Below, piece after piece: positions 17,318 through 26,106 of a DNA stretch of 38,357 nucleotides; the first letter of the stretch is position 1, and each line of letters opens with the position of its first letter. The DNA comes from an uncultured Candidatus Saccharibacteria bacterium (lineage in GTDB: Bacteria; Patescibacteriota; Andersenbacteria; UBA10190; CAIZMI01), in the NCBI GenBank assembly GCA_964630025.1, contig CAZVRG010000006.1, positions 1 to 38,357 on the forward strand. Reading direction: 5' to 3'. The notes beneath the pieces were generated by a model. That model searched no databases, was not told the DNA's origin, and worked only from the letters and a program-made list of their open reading frames with translations. A program made the position numbers and the translations under genes.

Positions 17318-20026
17318 TTACGCAGTCGCAAGCGCGGTGCGCTTCGAGGCAGACGTGCCGACCTCTTCAAACGTCACGTCATCACCGCGAAGCACAGCGC
17401 GGATAAACGCACCCTTCGGGAATTGGCCGGACAATAGCGCTGTTGCGAGCGGCGTCTCCAGACGCCGCTGAATTTCCCGCTTGAGCGGGCGCGCCCCAAA
17501 ACTCGGATCAAATCCATCTTGCGCCAAGCGGTTTCGCACATCCGCAGCGATCTCCAGACCAACACCTTGCGCGTGCACGCGACGCACGACATCCGCAAGA
17601 AGGAGATCGGCGATCTTCTGCACGTGCTCTTTCGCGAGCGCGTGGAAGACAACAATCTCATCGAGACGATTCAAGAACTCCGGGCGGAACACGTCTTTCA
17701 AATGCTCGAGAAGGGCCTGCTTTAACTTTTTCCATTCTTCCGGCTCTGGGGTGCCGGCACTGGTCGCTTCATGAATCGCTTTGCTCCCCACGTTACTCGT
17801 CGCAATGAGCACGGTGTTTTTGAAATCCACCGTGCGGCCCTTGCCGTCTGTGAGCCGACCATCGTCGAGAACTTGCAACAGCACGTTCATCACATCGGGA
17901 TGCGCCTTTTCAATTTCATCGAGAAGAATGACCGCGTAGGGACGACGGCGAACGCGTTCTGTCAGTTGCCCGCCTTCTTCGTGCCCCACATACCCCGGCG
18001 GACTGCCGATCAGTCGCGCCACGGCATGCTTTTCCATGTACTCGCTCATATCCATACGCACAAGCGACTCCTCGCTGCCGAACAGCGCTTCCGCAAGCGT
18101 CCGCGCAAGTTCGGTTTTTCCCACGCCCGTCGGCCCAAGGAAAAGAAATGATCCGATCGGCCGCTTGGGGTCTTTGAGTCCTGCCCGTGCGCGGCGCATG
18201 GCCTCCGCAACGGCACGGATTGCTTCATCCTGCGCGACAACGCGCCGATGCAGGATTTCTTCCAACCGCAGCAATCGATCCAGCTCTGTGGGAGTGACGT
18301 GCTCAAGCGGAATGCCCGTCCACTGCGCAACGATCGCGGCAATATCCGCAGCGCCAACGGTGAGTTCGGATGTCCCGCGTTTTGTCTCCCACGATTCGCG
18401 GAGCGTCTGAATCTCCTCTTCCAGCTCTTTGATCTGCGCAGCAAGCGTTTTCACCTTGTCGCTCTTCTTGGCGCGCTGCGCTGCTGTGCGCTCCCGCTTT
18501 ATGCGCTTCAGGTGTTCTTCTTTCTCCGCAAGCGCATCCGGCGCTTTCAGGCCCTGCAAACGCACGCGCGCCGCTGCCTCATCCATCACGTCAATGGCTT
18601 TGTCCGGGAGAAAACGATCCCGCAGGTACTTATCCGTGAGATGCACCGCCGCCTGAATCGCCTCATCGAGAATACGCACCTTGTGGTGTGCTTCGTATTT
18701 ATCGCGAATGCCGCGGAGAATCTCCACGGTGGCATCCGCAGACGGCTCCGCAACAAAGATGGGTTGGAAACGACGCTCCAGCGCCGCGTCTTTCTCGATG
18801 TGCTTGCGATATTCGTTCAGCGTGGTCGCGCCAATCGCCTGCAAATCGCCGCGTGCAAGCGGCGGCTTCAGAATATTGGCGGCATCCATCGCGCCGCTCT
18901 CTCCCGTCGCGCCGGCACCAACGAGAGTATGCAGTTCGTCCAAGAACAGAACGATGTTCTTTTTCGCCTGCTCAATTTCTCCCACAACTTTCTTTAGGCG
19001 TTCCTCAAATTCCCCGCGATACTTTGTGCCGGCGAGCAGCGACGCAAGATCAAGGGCGACCACGCGCTTTCCATGCAACACCTCCGGCACATTGCCGGAC
19101 AGAATGCGGAGCGCAAGTCCTTCGACAATCGCGGTTTTTCCTGTGCCCGGTTCGCCAATCAGCACGGGATTGCTTTTCGTTCGCCGGCTCAAAATCTGCA
19201 CGATGCGTTCGATTTCCTCCGCGCGACCGATCACGGGATCCAGTTTGCCTTCTTTTGCAAGCACCGAGAGATCACGCGAATATAGATCGAGTGTCGGCGT
19301 GGTGCTCTTTTCGGCCACAGGGCCTTCTTTTTTTCCTTTCGGACCAACAAGGGACAAAAGCGCCTGTCGCGCGGCGGTTTCGGTGACACCAAGCTTGCGC
19401 AGCGTCTGCGCGGCAAATCCTTCTCCTTCGAGAAGAAGTCCTACCAACAGGTGCTCCGACCCAATGTAGTCATGCTCCAGATCACGAGAGACATGGAATG
19501 CAAGCTCAATAGCTTGTTTTGCGCGGGGCGAGAGGTCAAGAATCGTCTCCTTTTTCTCCCCGTTCTTCTGCGCGTTCGCGGCGATGTACTGCACCAGATC
19601 GTCCGGTTTGATGTGCAATGCGCGGAGAAGCTTTGCGCCTGCTTCCGGTTCTTCTGCAATGGCGACGAGCAGATCCTCCGTATCAATGGCGGATGCACCG
19701 CGACCGGCGGCATGCTGCGCGGCTTGTTGGAGCACGCGCTTTGCACGCTCCGCAAAAAGCTCGAGAAGATTCACGCCTTCGACATCGACATGCCGTGCAC
19801 CGTTGGTCCGGCGCCGCCGCGGCGCAACCTTTTCGCTTTCCTCCTCATCAAAGAAGGAACCAAACCCGGGAAACGCAGATCGCAGCAACCCAAACGGACT
19901 CCCGAACCCCTCGAGATCCGCTGCGCAGGCATGACAGAGTTGTGTTCGCACTTCCCGCTGACCACCCGAACGAAGCACGGTGACAGCAGCAGGACGAGCG
20001 CGACAGGAATCACAGAGTTTCGGCAT
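17318..20026 (-). CDS. clpC: ATP-dependent Clp protease ATP-binding subunit, ClpC type
   Basis: Clp N repeats, two AAA modules ([16 protein letters not shown]), UVR-like middle coil; extra N-terminal CDSC/CHAC motifs. Confidence 0.93.
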   Translation of the reverse strand: MPKLCDSCRARPAAVTVLRSGGQREVRTQLCHACAADLEGFGSPFGLLRSAFPGFGSFFDEEESEKVAPRRRRTNGARHVDVEGVNLLELFAERAKRVLQQAAQHAAGRGASAIDTEDLLVAIAEEPEAGAKLLRALHIKPDDLVQYIAANAQKNGEKKETILDLSPRAKQAIELAFHVSRDLEHDYIGSEHLLVGLLLEGEGFAAQTLRKLGVTETAARQALLSLVGPKGKKEGPVAEKSTTPTLDLYSRDLSVLAKEGKLDPVIGRAEEIERIVQILSRRTKSNPVLIGEPGTGKTAIVEGLALRILSGNVPEVLHGKRVVALDLASLLAGTKYRGEFEERLKKVVGEIEQAKKNIVLFLDELHTLVGAGATGESGAMDAANILKPPLARGDLQAIGATTLNEYRKHIEKDAALERRFQPIFVAEPSADATVEILRGIRDKYEAHHKVRILDEAIQAAVHLTDKYLRDRFLPDKAIDVMDEAAARVRLQGLKAPDALAEKEEHLKRIKRERTAAQRAKKSDKVKTLAAQIKELEEEIQTLRESWETKRGTSELTVGAADIAAIVAQWTGIPLEHVTPTELDRLLRLEEILHRRVVAQDEAIRAVAEAMRRARAGLKDPKRPIGSFLFLGPTGVGKTELARTLAEALFGSEESLVRMDMSEYMEKHAVARLIGSPPGYVGHEEGGQLTERVRRRPYAVILLDEIEKAHPDVMNVLLQVLDDGRLTDGKGRTVDFKNTVLIATSNVGSKAIHEATSAGTPEPEEWKKLKQALLEHLKDVFRPEFLNRLDEIVVFHALAKEHVQKIADLLLADVVRRVHAQGVGLEIAADVRNRLAQDGFDPSFGARPLKREIQRRLETPLATALLSGQFPKGAFIRAVLRGDDVTFEEVGTSASKRTALATA

Positions 20027-20149
20027 ACCCCGTTAGAAACGTATGCGAAAAAGCGTGCGGTACGCTTTTTCGCGAAGCGAAGTGTAAAGCTGGTATTTCA
20101 TGTGGGGAGTGTACTGAAGAGGAATGGAATCATGGTGTTTCTAACGGGG
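20027..20149. mobile_element. Palindromic element copy 3 (123 bp)
   Basis: ACCCCGTTAGAAAC...GTTTCTAACGGGG with cat on both sides; inner 12-bp hairpin gcgaaaaagcgt/acgctttttcgc. Confidence 0.75.
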
Positions 20150-20163
20150 CATGTCGGGCACTA

Positions 20164-20192
20164 GTATTCCTCAAAAAACACTCACAGTCAAG
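20164..20192 (-). promoter_or_regulatory. Putative clpC promoter
   Basis: TTGACT-N17-AATACT on the minus strand. Confidence 0.45.
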
Positions 20193-20200
20193 GAAAATTG

Positions 20201-20310
20201 GTATGCCCGGCTTCATCCGGCTTCGCTGTACTTCGCCGAGACTTCGCCGGCGGCATCCGGCTTAGATGAACAATCACGGCTTCCTCCCGCCCAAGGCGGG
20301 CCGAATCGAA
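20201..20310. repeat. REP-like cluster 3' of tRNA-Leu
   Basis: gtatgcccggcttcatcc, gacttcgccg and cccgcc-caa-ggcggg resemble 202-278. Confidence 0.55.
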
Positions 20311-20395
20311 TGGTGAGGACGGAGGGAGTCGAACCCTCACCCCTTGCGGGACCAGTTCCTAAAACTGGCGCGTATGCCAATTCCGCCACGTCCCC
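20311..20395 (-). tRNA. tRNA-Leu(TAG)
   Basis: GGGGACGTGGCGGAATTGGCATACGCG CCAGT TT TAG GA ACTGG, long variable arm, GTTCGACT, encoded CCA. Confidence 0.96.
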
Positions 20396-20426
20396 CGCAC
20401 GCGTAGTCTCCCTCATGAAGCGGTGC

Positions 20427-20455
20427 TTGACAAGATGTACTCTCTATGATACAAA
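20427..20455 (+). promoter_or_regulatory. Putative sigma70 promoter
   Basis: TTGACA-N17-TACAAA with TG extension. Confidence 0.5.
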
Positions 20456-20531
20456 AACCCCTCCAAAAACGGAGTGCGGATCCTTGGTGGATCCGTATGG
20501 CTCTTTCCCCAATTGAGATTGAGAGGGTTTT

Positions 20532-21941
20532 ATGCGAACGTTTGTTGTGCTTGCCGCTTTGTGCGCGGCGATCTTGATTGTCGCATCCAACGCGGATGCG
20601 GCAAAACCGACGGTGTCCGCCCCGCGGCCTACCGTTTCGCGGCCCGCCGCGGTGGCACCGCGACCGACAGCATCGTTCTCCAGACCGGCCGCTCCGAGGC
20701 CAACAGTCAGTTCCTACCGGCCCCCCACGACCACGGCGTATGTGGCCAGGCCCGTCACACCTGCGGCTCCCCGTAGCGTGACACCGTCGGCCTACAAGCC
20801 GGCGGTATCGCCTCCGCGCTCGTTTACGACGCAGAGGCCCCTTGCCGCGACACCGTACAGTCCGTCATCGGCGCCGCGTCCAACGGTGTCCGGTCCTCGT
20901 CCGATTACGACAAGTAGACCGCTTGCGGCGACACCGTACACTCCGCCGCCTCCCAGGCCGGCCCCGAGTTACACACCGCCTCCTGCGAGGCCGTCGGCTC
21001 CGCCGCCGTGCCCGCAGAAGAAACCGGTGGTGGCAAAGAGACCACCGCCTCCCCCTGCGAAGCAGCCCCCGCTTCCGCTACCCCCGCCGCAACCGGTTGT
21101 GTACCCACAAACGATTACGGCCCAGAAAACGTTCGCGCCCACGTTTGCCCCATCAGAGACGTTCGCGCCCGTGAATACGCATGCGCCTGTCTTTGCACCG
21201 CAAAGCAGCAATGTGTATGCACCGACAACCACGAAGGCGTTTAATTTTGCGCCCGCGCTAAGCCTCAGCAGCGCGGGAAGCGGCGGCGGAGGAAGCAGCT
21301 ACGGCCTCCCGCCGTGTCCTCCCTCCTACGGGCCGCCTCCCTGTCCGGCTCCGTACCCCGAGGCTCCGGCCCCGTGTCCCCAGCCGGAACAGCCACCGTG
21401 TCCGAACGGCATGTGTCCGAAGGTCTACACCAACGGATGGTGGAAGATCGAGGGGTGCTGGGTTTGGGTTTTTGACGGACACTTCTATCGGTTCGTCAAC
21501 AACCAGTGGTATGTCGGCGGACAGCCGATCCCTGCGGGGAAAATGCCTCTGGGAAACTGGTGGCAAGGTATTCCTCCGGAAGTCCCGATCGTTCCTCCTT
21601 CGGGAGCGCCGGGGACAGCACCGGCGATGCCGCAAGCCGCTCCGCTTGGTGCATCACAACTTCCGGATCGGGAGACGCTCCACCTGGAGCTGCTCGCGAT
21701 GAAGTACGGGACGACAGTCGAGGAAGTGCGCCGGCGTCTTGGCAGCGATGCGAAGACACAGCCGGTCACACCCCCGACCGCTCCTTTGCAAAAACAGCAG
21801 GAAGTCCTGCCCCCGGAAGCGCAGAAGACGCAGTCAGATGCCGATCTGGTGGCGCGTGCACGCAAGCACTACGGTGCCGCGAGCGACACGACTGTCTCCC
21901 AGACCGCCAGGCAGGATGCCGTGACGGTCGCCAAGAAGTAA
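20532..21941 (+). CDS. Secreted proline-rich repetitive protein
   Basis: Signal peptide, APRPTxS and RPLAATPY repeats, Cys-Pro tract, Trp-rich module; RBS-like gagaggg and own terminator. Confidence 0.75.
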   Translation: MRTFVVLAALCAAILIVASNADAAKPTVSAPRPTVSRPAAVAPRPTASFSRPAAPRPTVSSYRPPTTTAYVARPVTPAAPRSVTPSAYKPAVSPPRSFTTQRPLAATPYSPSSAPRPTVSGPRPITTSRPLAATPYTPPPPRPAPSYTPPPARPSAPPPCPQKKPVVAKRPPPPPAKQPPLPLPPPQPVVYPQTITAQKTFAPTFAPSETFAPVNTHAPVFAPQSSNVYAPTTTKAFNFAPALSLSSAGSGGGGSSYGLPPCPPSYGPPPCPAPYPEAPAPCPQPEQPPCPNGMCPKVYTNGWWKIEGCWVWVFDGHFYRFVNNQWYVGGQPIPAGKMPLGNWWQGIPPEVPIVPPSGAPGTAPAMPQAAPLGASQLPDRETLHLELLAMKYGTTVEEVRRRLGSDAKTQPVTPPTAPLQKQQEVLPPEAQKTQSDADLVARARKHYGAASDTTVSQTARQDAVTVAKK

Positions 21942-21967
21942 CCCTCAGCCAATTCGGCTGACTCTCT

Positions 21968-22006
21968 AACGCCCTGTACGTGACACACGTGCAGGGCGTT
22001 TTCTTT
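21968..22006 (+). terminator. Intrinsic terminator
   Basis: aacgccctgtacgtg/cacgtgcagggcgtt followed by ttcttt. Confidence 0.85.
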
Positions 22007-22024
22007 GTACGCTGCGCGCAACTG

Positions 22025-22053
22025 TTGACAGAACGTCGGTTTTGCACTACTCT
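22025..22053 (+). promoter_or_regulatory. Sigma70 promoter
   Basis: TTGACA-N17-TACTCT. Confidence 0.7.
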
Positions 22054-22124
22054 CGGGTACTCGGTGTTCCGAGAAGTGTTCTGTACCAATCCGGTTTGTA
22101 GCTCCCCTTTCATGAAGGAGAAGA

Positions 22125-23441
22125 ATGATGGAACTGACTCGCGAGGACGGCCGTCCAGTCGAGGCACTGCTTCGGCTGGCAAACCGTCACGGCATCACGA
22201 CAACAGATCAGATGACAGCAAAAGAGTTGTCGGACGCAGTCCAAGAAAACTGGATCCGCAAAACGGAGCACCAGTACCAGATTCCCGAGGGCCCTCCCGC
22301 TCCGGAAGACATGTCCCTCCTGGAAGACCTCTGGCTTATCGGGGCACGAACGGCTCCACCGGGACACTTCGACGGCGCGCTCATCCTCGGTGGCACAGTC
22401 ACCGCTGTCCGAAAACGGCTGGGCTTCCTTGCCGAGCAGCATCGCCAGGGCATGACCGTCACCACGGTGTATCTTCTGGGCGGCGCCCGTCCACTCGACA
22501 AGGACAAGGAAAGTCCGACGGCGCTGTGTACCCAAGCGGAACTCCCGTTCAAGGAAGACTGGGCGGCTCCGAGCACGCTGCCGACGACGGAGGCGGAGAT
22601 GATGAAGCTCGTGTTCGACCAATCGCTTCTCCCAAAGGAGTGGCAGGACGTGCTCATTAACGCGCCCCTGCAAACCACCGCGGATGGGAAGACGAGACAC
22701 CCGAACACGACAGATACGCTTGTCGAGTTGCGGAAGACCAATCCGCGGCCGGGAACGTATCTCGTGGTGTCGAGTCAGCCCTATGTCACCCGCCAGACCA
22801 TCAACGCCCAACAGGCATTGCCGGAAAGTGCGGATGTGGGCATTGGGTACGCGGCTCCGCAGACGACAGCACTGAAGGGATTCTTGGACGAGGTGGCACG
22901 GCTGCTGTACGAAGAAGTGGCGCTTGCGGAAGCGAGTACCGCTCCTTCTTCTCCTGCGCCCCTGCCCACGGGAGGCAGCGATGCGAACGCGCCTGCTGCT
23001 CCGGCGCCGGAAGCGCCACCCGCTGCGACGGCGAACCCGCCGGAAACGATTCTGACCGAGACGAAGCGGATCGCGGAAGAAGCGGCAAGCAACGCCCAGC
23101 AAGCGACGCTGCAAAGAATCGCAACGCTGGAGGACGCTGTCGCCGGCCTTCGGGCCGACGTGCAGAAAAAATGGGAGGACCTTCCCAACCTTTTCGCGGC
23201 GGCTGTGACGGCAAGCTCGCCGAGCTCGCCAACGCCCTCAAAGGCGCCCGATGCGCCGCTGCCAGCAGCCCCCATGCCTGCGCCGGCTCCCGCGTCTCTG
23301 ACTCCGCCGGAAGCTCGCCCGCCGATCCGGCAGGAACCGGCATCAGACGAGCTGAGCTGGCGCACGCTCGGGATCGTTGCCGCGGTGTTCGTCCTGTTCA
23401 TTCTTGGAGGAAGCTACGCGGTCATCGAGTACCTGTTGTAG
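22125..23441 (+). CDS. Hypothetical protein: DUF218/HUP-like domain, coiled coil, Pro-rich linker, C-terminal TM anchor
   Basis: DGALILGG...RKRL...LLGG...TEAEMM...NTTDT...LVVSSQPY pattern; AAGGAG RBS. Confidence 0.75.
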   Translation: MMELTREDGRPVEALLRLANRHGITTTDQMTAKELSDAVQENWIRKTEHQYQIPEGPPAPEDMSLLEDLWLIGARTAPPGHFDGALILGGTVTAVRKRLGFLAEQHRQGMTVTTVYLLGGARPLDKDKESPTALCTQAELPFKEDWAAPSTLPTTEAEMMKLVFDQSLLPKEWQDVLINAPLQTTADGKTRHPNTTDTLVELRKTNPRPGTYLVVSSQPYVTRQTINAQQALPESADVGIGYAAPQTTALKGFLDEVARLLYEEVALAEASTAPSSPAPLPTGGSDANAPAAPAPEAPPAATANPPETILTETKRIAEEAASNAQQATLQRIATLEDAVAGLRADVQKKWEDLPNLFAAAVTASSPSSPTPSKAPDAPLPAAPMPAPAPASLTPPEARPPIRQEPASDELSWRTLGIVAAVFVLFILGGSYAVIEYLL

Positions 23442-23454
23442 CAACGCTGTTCAC

Positions 23455-23487
23455 GCCCGGTGCACATCTCTGTGGCCGGGCTTTTTT
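23455..23487 (+). terminator. Intrinsic terminator
   Basis: gcccgg...ccgggc followed by T6. Confidence 0.75.
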
Positions 23488-23538
23488 CATGCTGATAAAA
23501 GATCGCGCGAACCATGTATGGTCCGCGCGATGGAATGT

Positions 23539-23886
23539 TTAGGAGCTACTGCCAGGTGATCCTTCCTGTTTTCCCCGAAGTTTCTTCCGGTACACCTCGA
23601 TGGTTTCCTCTGCCAGTTTGTGCACTTCCTCGGGGGTCATGATCCTCATCTCCAACTCCTTCCGGGTGAGGTCGTGCACTTCCTGCGCGATTCTCCCGTT
23701 TTGCTTCTGCGCCTCCTCTTTTTTGATGAGGTTGCGCTCGGTTGCGGTTGAGGGAGCCGCCGGCGGACGCACCGGGTCGAGATTGAGACGTCCTTTCGAC
23801 TGCAGGAAGAAGAGTACCCCGCCAACCACGACAGCCGTCACAACGAGGCAGATCACGGACACCTTCAGCACTGGTCGGATGCGCAT
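23539..23886 (-). CDS. Hypothetical membrane-anchored helical protein
   Basis: N-terminal TM helix, charged helical C-terminus, AAAGGAGG RBS, own promoter. Confidence 0.75.
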   Translation of the reverse strand: MRIRPVLKVSVICLVVTAVVVGGVLFFLQSKGRLNLDPVRPPAAPSTATERNLIKKEEAQKQNGRIAQEVHDLTRKELEMRIMTPEEVHKLAEETIEVYRKKLRGKQEGSPGSSS

Positions 23887-23966
23887 TGTCGAAAACCCTC
23901 CTTTAGGAAGAGAAGCAATCGGATATATTCGAGCGTTCCCGATCTCACGATGGAAAGGAACATCCG

Positions 23967-24043
23967 ATCATACACGAAGAATGGAAAAACGTCAAGTGGA
24001 AGAGATGTTCGCTATTGACATTTTCTCATATTTCGTATATAGT
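23967..24043. promoter_or_regulatory. Back-to-back divergent sigma70 promoters
   Basis: Minus TTGACG-N17-TATGAT (23967-23995); plus TTGACA-N17-TATAGT (24015-24043). Confidence 0.8.
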
Positions 24044-24239
24044 ATCCCGACCTTTAAAACTGTCTTCCGGGAGGCGAAACTACTAAGAGGAAGCTCTCCC
24101 AAGGGGATATTCTTTCAAAGGCCTAGTTCGCACCTCACGAAGCGTGCTTCCAAGGAAGGCACACTCCATGAAGTGCGCACCCGTCGTGCGCATGTGGACT
24201 TTTGAAAACTTACCTCACCCAACAAAGAAAGGTGCTTAC

Positions 24240-25163
24240 ATGCATCCCCTTTGGTTCCTGCTGATCTTCGGCGTCCCCGTACTTCTCTTTTTACTCGCAA
24301 TGCTGCTTCTCTACACGCAGAAAGTCATCAGGGTAAACCCGGCGAACACCCAACGAGTCGTGGTGAAGAATGTCGCCACGGGGCAACTGCGCGTTTTGGG
24401 ACCCGGAGCACACCCCATTGGTCCTGGCTGGCAAGAATTCGCCACCGTCCAGCTCAACCGAGAACCGATCGAAGTCTCCGGCGAAGACGCTGAGGAAGTT
24501 CGCTCTTCCGATGGCCTTCGTCTCGCGATCGAATATCGATTCGACATTGTGTCTGGAAGACCGTTCAATCGGACAACCGGTGTGCTCACCACACCGGCTG
24601 ATGATCTCTCTGCGGTCACCGACGAGATGGTTCGTCTTGCCGTGACGGCAATCAACTACGCCGAACGGGAGGAGCGTACGCAAGAGATCATTAAAACGGC
24701 GCTCGACGCGGAATTCGGACAATACACAGGAGATCAACTCACTGTACCGGAATCTGTGGGTGCGTTCATTGTCCCCGCGGCACCAGTACCTGGCGTCGTC
24801 CCAGAGCCGGTGCAGAATACCGCGAAGCTCTATGAAAAGCTCGCGCAAGCCGTTGAGGCGCGTGCGAACCAAGATCTTCTCCACGTCGGCATCAACCTCG
24901 TGGACGTGCGCATCACCAATCTCCGATACAAGGACGAGAGACTGCAAGGAGCGCTCGAGCACAAAAAGCGTATCGAGAAACTGAAAGCCGCCACGGAACA
25001 ACTCATCGATCCCCGTGATCCTGACCCACTCACTCGCCGTGAGGCGCTCGCGGCTGACACCGATCAGTATGGGACGATCGCTCTCGCTCAAATGGGTCGT
25101 GAACTCGCAAAGAAGATACCGGAAGGTCTCGTGGATGCGGTAAAAGAATTCAAAAAGCCCTAA
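24240..25163 (+). CDS. SPFH/band-7-like membrane protein
   Basis: TM helix, then VIRVNPAN...RVLGPG.H.I.P, VRSSDG..L.IE, L..VGINLVDVRITNL, C-terminal coil. Confidence 0.7.
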   Translation: MHPLWFLLIFGVPVLLFLLAMLLLYTQKVIRVNPANTQRVVVKNVATGQLRVLGPGAHPIGPGWQEFATVQLNREPIEVSGEDAEEVRSSDGLRLAIEYRFDIVSGRPFNRTTGVLTTPADDLSAVTDEMVRLAVTAINYAEREERTQEIIKTALDAEFGQYTGDQLTVPESVGAFIVPAAPVPGVVPEPVQNTAKLYEKLAQAVEARANQDLLHVGINLVDVRITNLRYKDERLQGALEHKKRIEKLKAATEQLIDPRDPDPLTRREALAADTDQYGTIALAQMGRELAKKIPEGLVDAVKEFKKP

Positions 25164-25175
25164 CAGGAGAACTGC

Positions 25176-26009
25176 ATGAATCTGAAAAGCACCGCGATTG
25201 CCGCGGTTGTCGGCAGCATCGTCTTTGGACTGTGGGTATGGATCGCCATATCCCTCGGCATCTCTGGAATCTACCTCCTGAGTTGCCTCCTCGGCGCGTT
25301 TGTGGGCGCTATCCTTATCGGAGCTGTCGTCTTCCAGAAAGTCGCGACGGGAAGCTGGTCGGCATTCGGAGTAATCGCGATAGCGATTATCCTCGGTGTC
25401 GTCTGGCCGCTGGTACTAATTTTGGCCGGTGTGACAGTACAAGCAGCCACGACGGCCGACACACAGCAACAAGCCAGCGAACAACCTGGAGAAAAAAAGC
25501 CTGTGCGTGATCTTGTCAGGAAGACAAACGCGGCCGCCGATTTCGGGAACGTGTACACGCACGGCTACCAGGACGGACAAACGGATGTCGGCAAGAGGCT
25601 GTCCGCGCAGGAGCGCATCGCGCTGGAGCAGTGGCCGCGAACGATCGAGGTGGATCTTCCTGCACAGGGAGTGTGGGTGCTCACCGACATCGAACTGGAA
25701 CCCGGCATGGCGTATCCCGTGACGGGGAAACTCCCGCCATGCGGAATCCTCTTCGATTTTGACATCAACAAGGTAGGTCGTCCGGGCGCGGAAATCCTGA
25801 AACGCCCGTTCCTCGACAGGGTTCCGACCGCGACGGTGCTACTCCGGAGAAACCTCATCGCGTACCTGAACGCCAAAAGCCCCGGCAAGCTCTCGTATTA
25901 CGTTGCGAGTGACGAGAACGTGACCGGAACGTGGACGTTCGAGGTGGGAAAGCCACATCCCACCAGTCAAGTACGCGAAGTAGCGCTCTTTCATGAGCGG
26001 CTACCCTAG
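25176..26009 (+). CDS. Hypothetical membrane protein (three TM helices plus soluble beta-rich domain)
   Basis: Three hydrophobic helices; AGGAG RBS 12 nt after the SPFH-like stop. Confidence 0.75.
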   Translation: MNLKSTAIAAVVGSIVFGLWVWIAISLGISGIYLLSCLLGAFVGAILIGAVVFQKVATGSWSAFGVIAIAIILGVVWPLVLILAGVTVQAATTADTQQQASEQPGEKKPVRDLVRKTNAAADFGNVYTHGYQDGQTDVGKRLSAQERIALEQWPRTIEVDLPAQGVWVLTDIELEPGMAYPVTGKLPPCGILFDFDINKVGRPGAEILKRPFLDRVPTATVLLRRNLIAYLNAKSPGKLSYYVASDENVTGTWTFEVGKPHPTSQVREVALFHERLP

Positions 26010-26015
26010 CAACAT

Positions 26016-26052
26016 AACGGCAGTCGTATCACAGCGACTGCCGTTTTTCTTT
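26016..26052 (+). terminator. Intrinsic terminator
   Basis: aacggcagtcg/cgactgccgtt followed by a T-rich tail. Confidence 0.85.
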
Positions 26053-26056
26053 ATAC

Positions 26057-26089
26057 AAAAACACGTCTCGGTTCCGAGACGTGTTTTTT
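26057..26089. terminator. Bidirectional terminator at the end of the pilin operon
   Basis: aaaaacacgtctcgg-tt-ccgagacgtgttttt, perfect 15-bp arms. Confidence 0.8.
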
Positions 26090-26106
26090 CTTGCACAAAC
26101 GGAAGA

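Noticed and set aside
7978-20149. CRISPR array or integron attC interpretation of the CCCCGTTAGAAAC repeats
   Set aside because: Copies are inverted pairs kilobases apart rather than regularly spaced direct repeats; no cas or integrase gene; flanking genes are housekeeping.
20311-26100. Prophage or integrative island at tRNA-Leu
   Set aside because: No integrase, no phage genes and no duplicated tRNA 3' end; the block lies on the 5' side of the tRNA.
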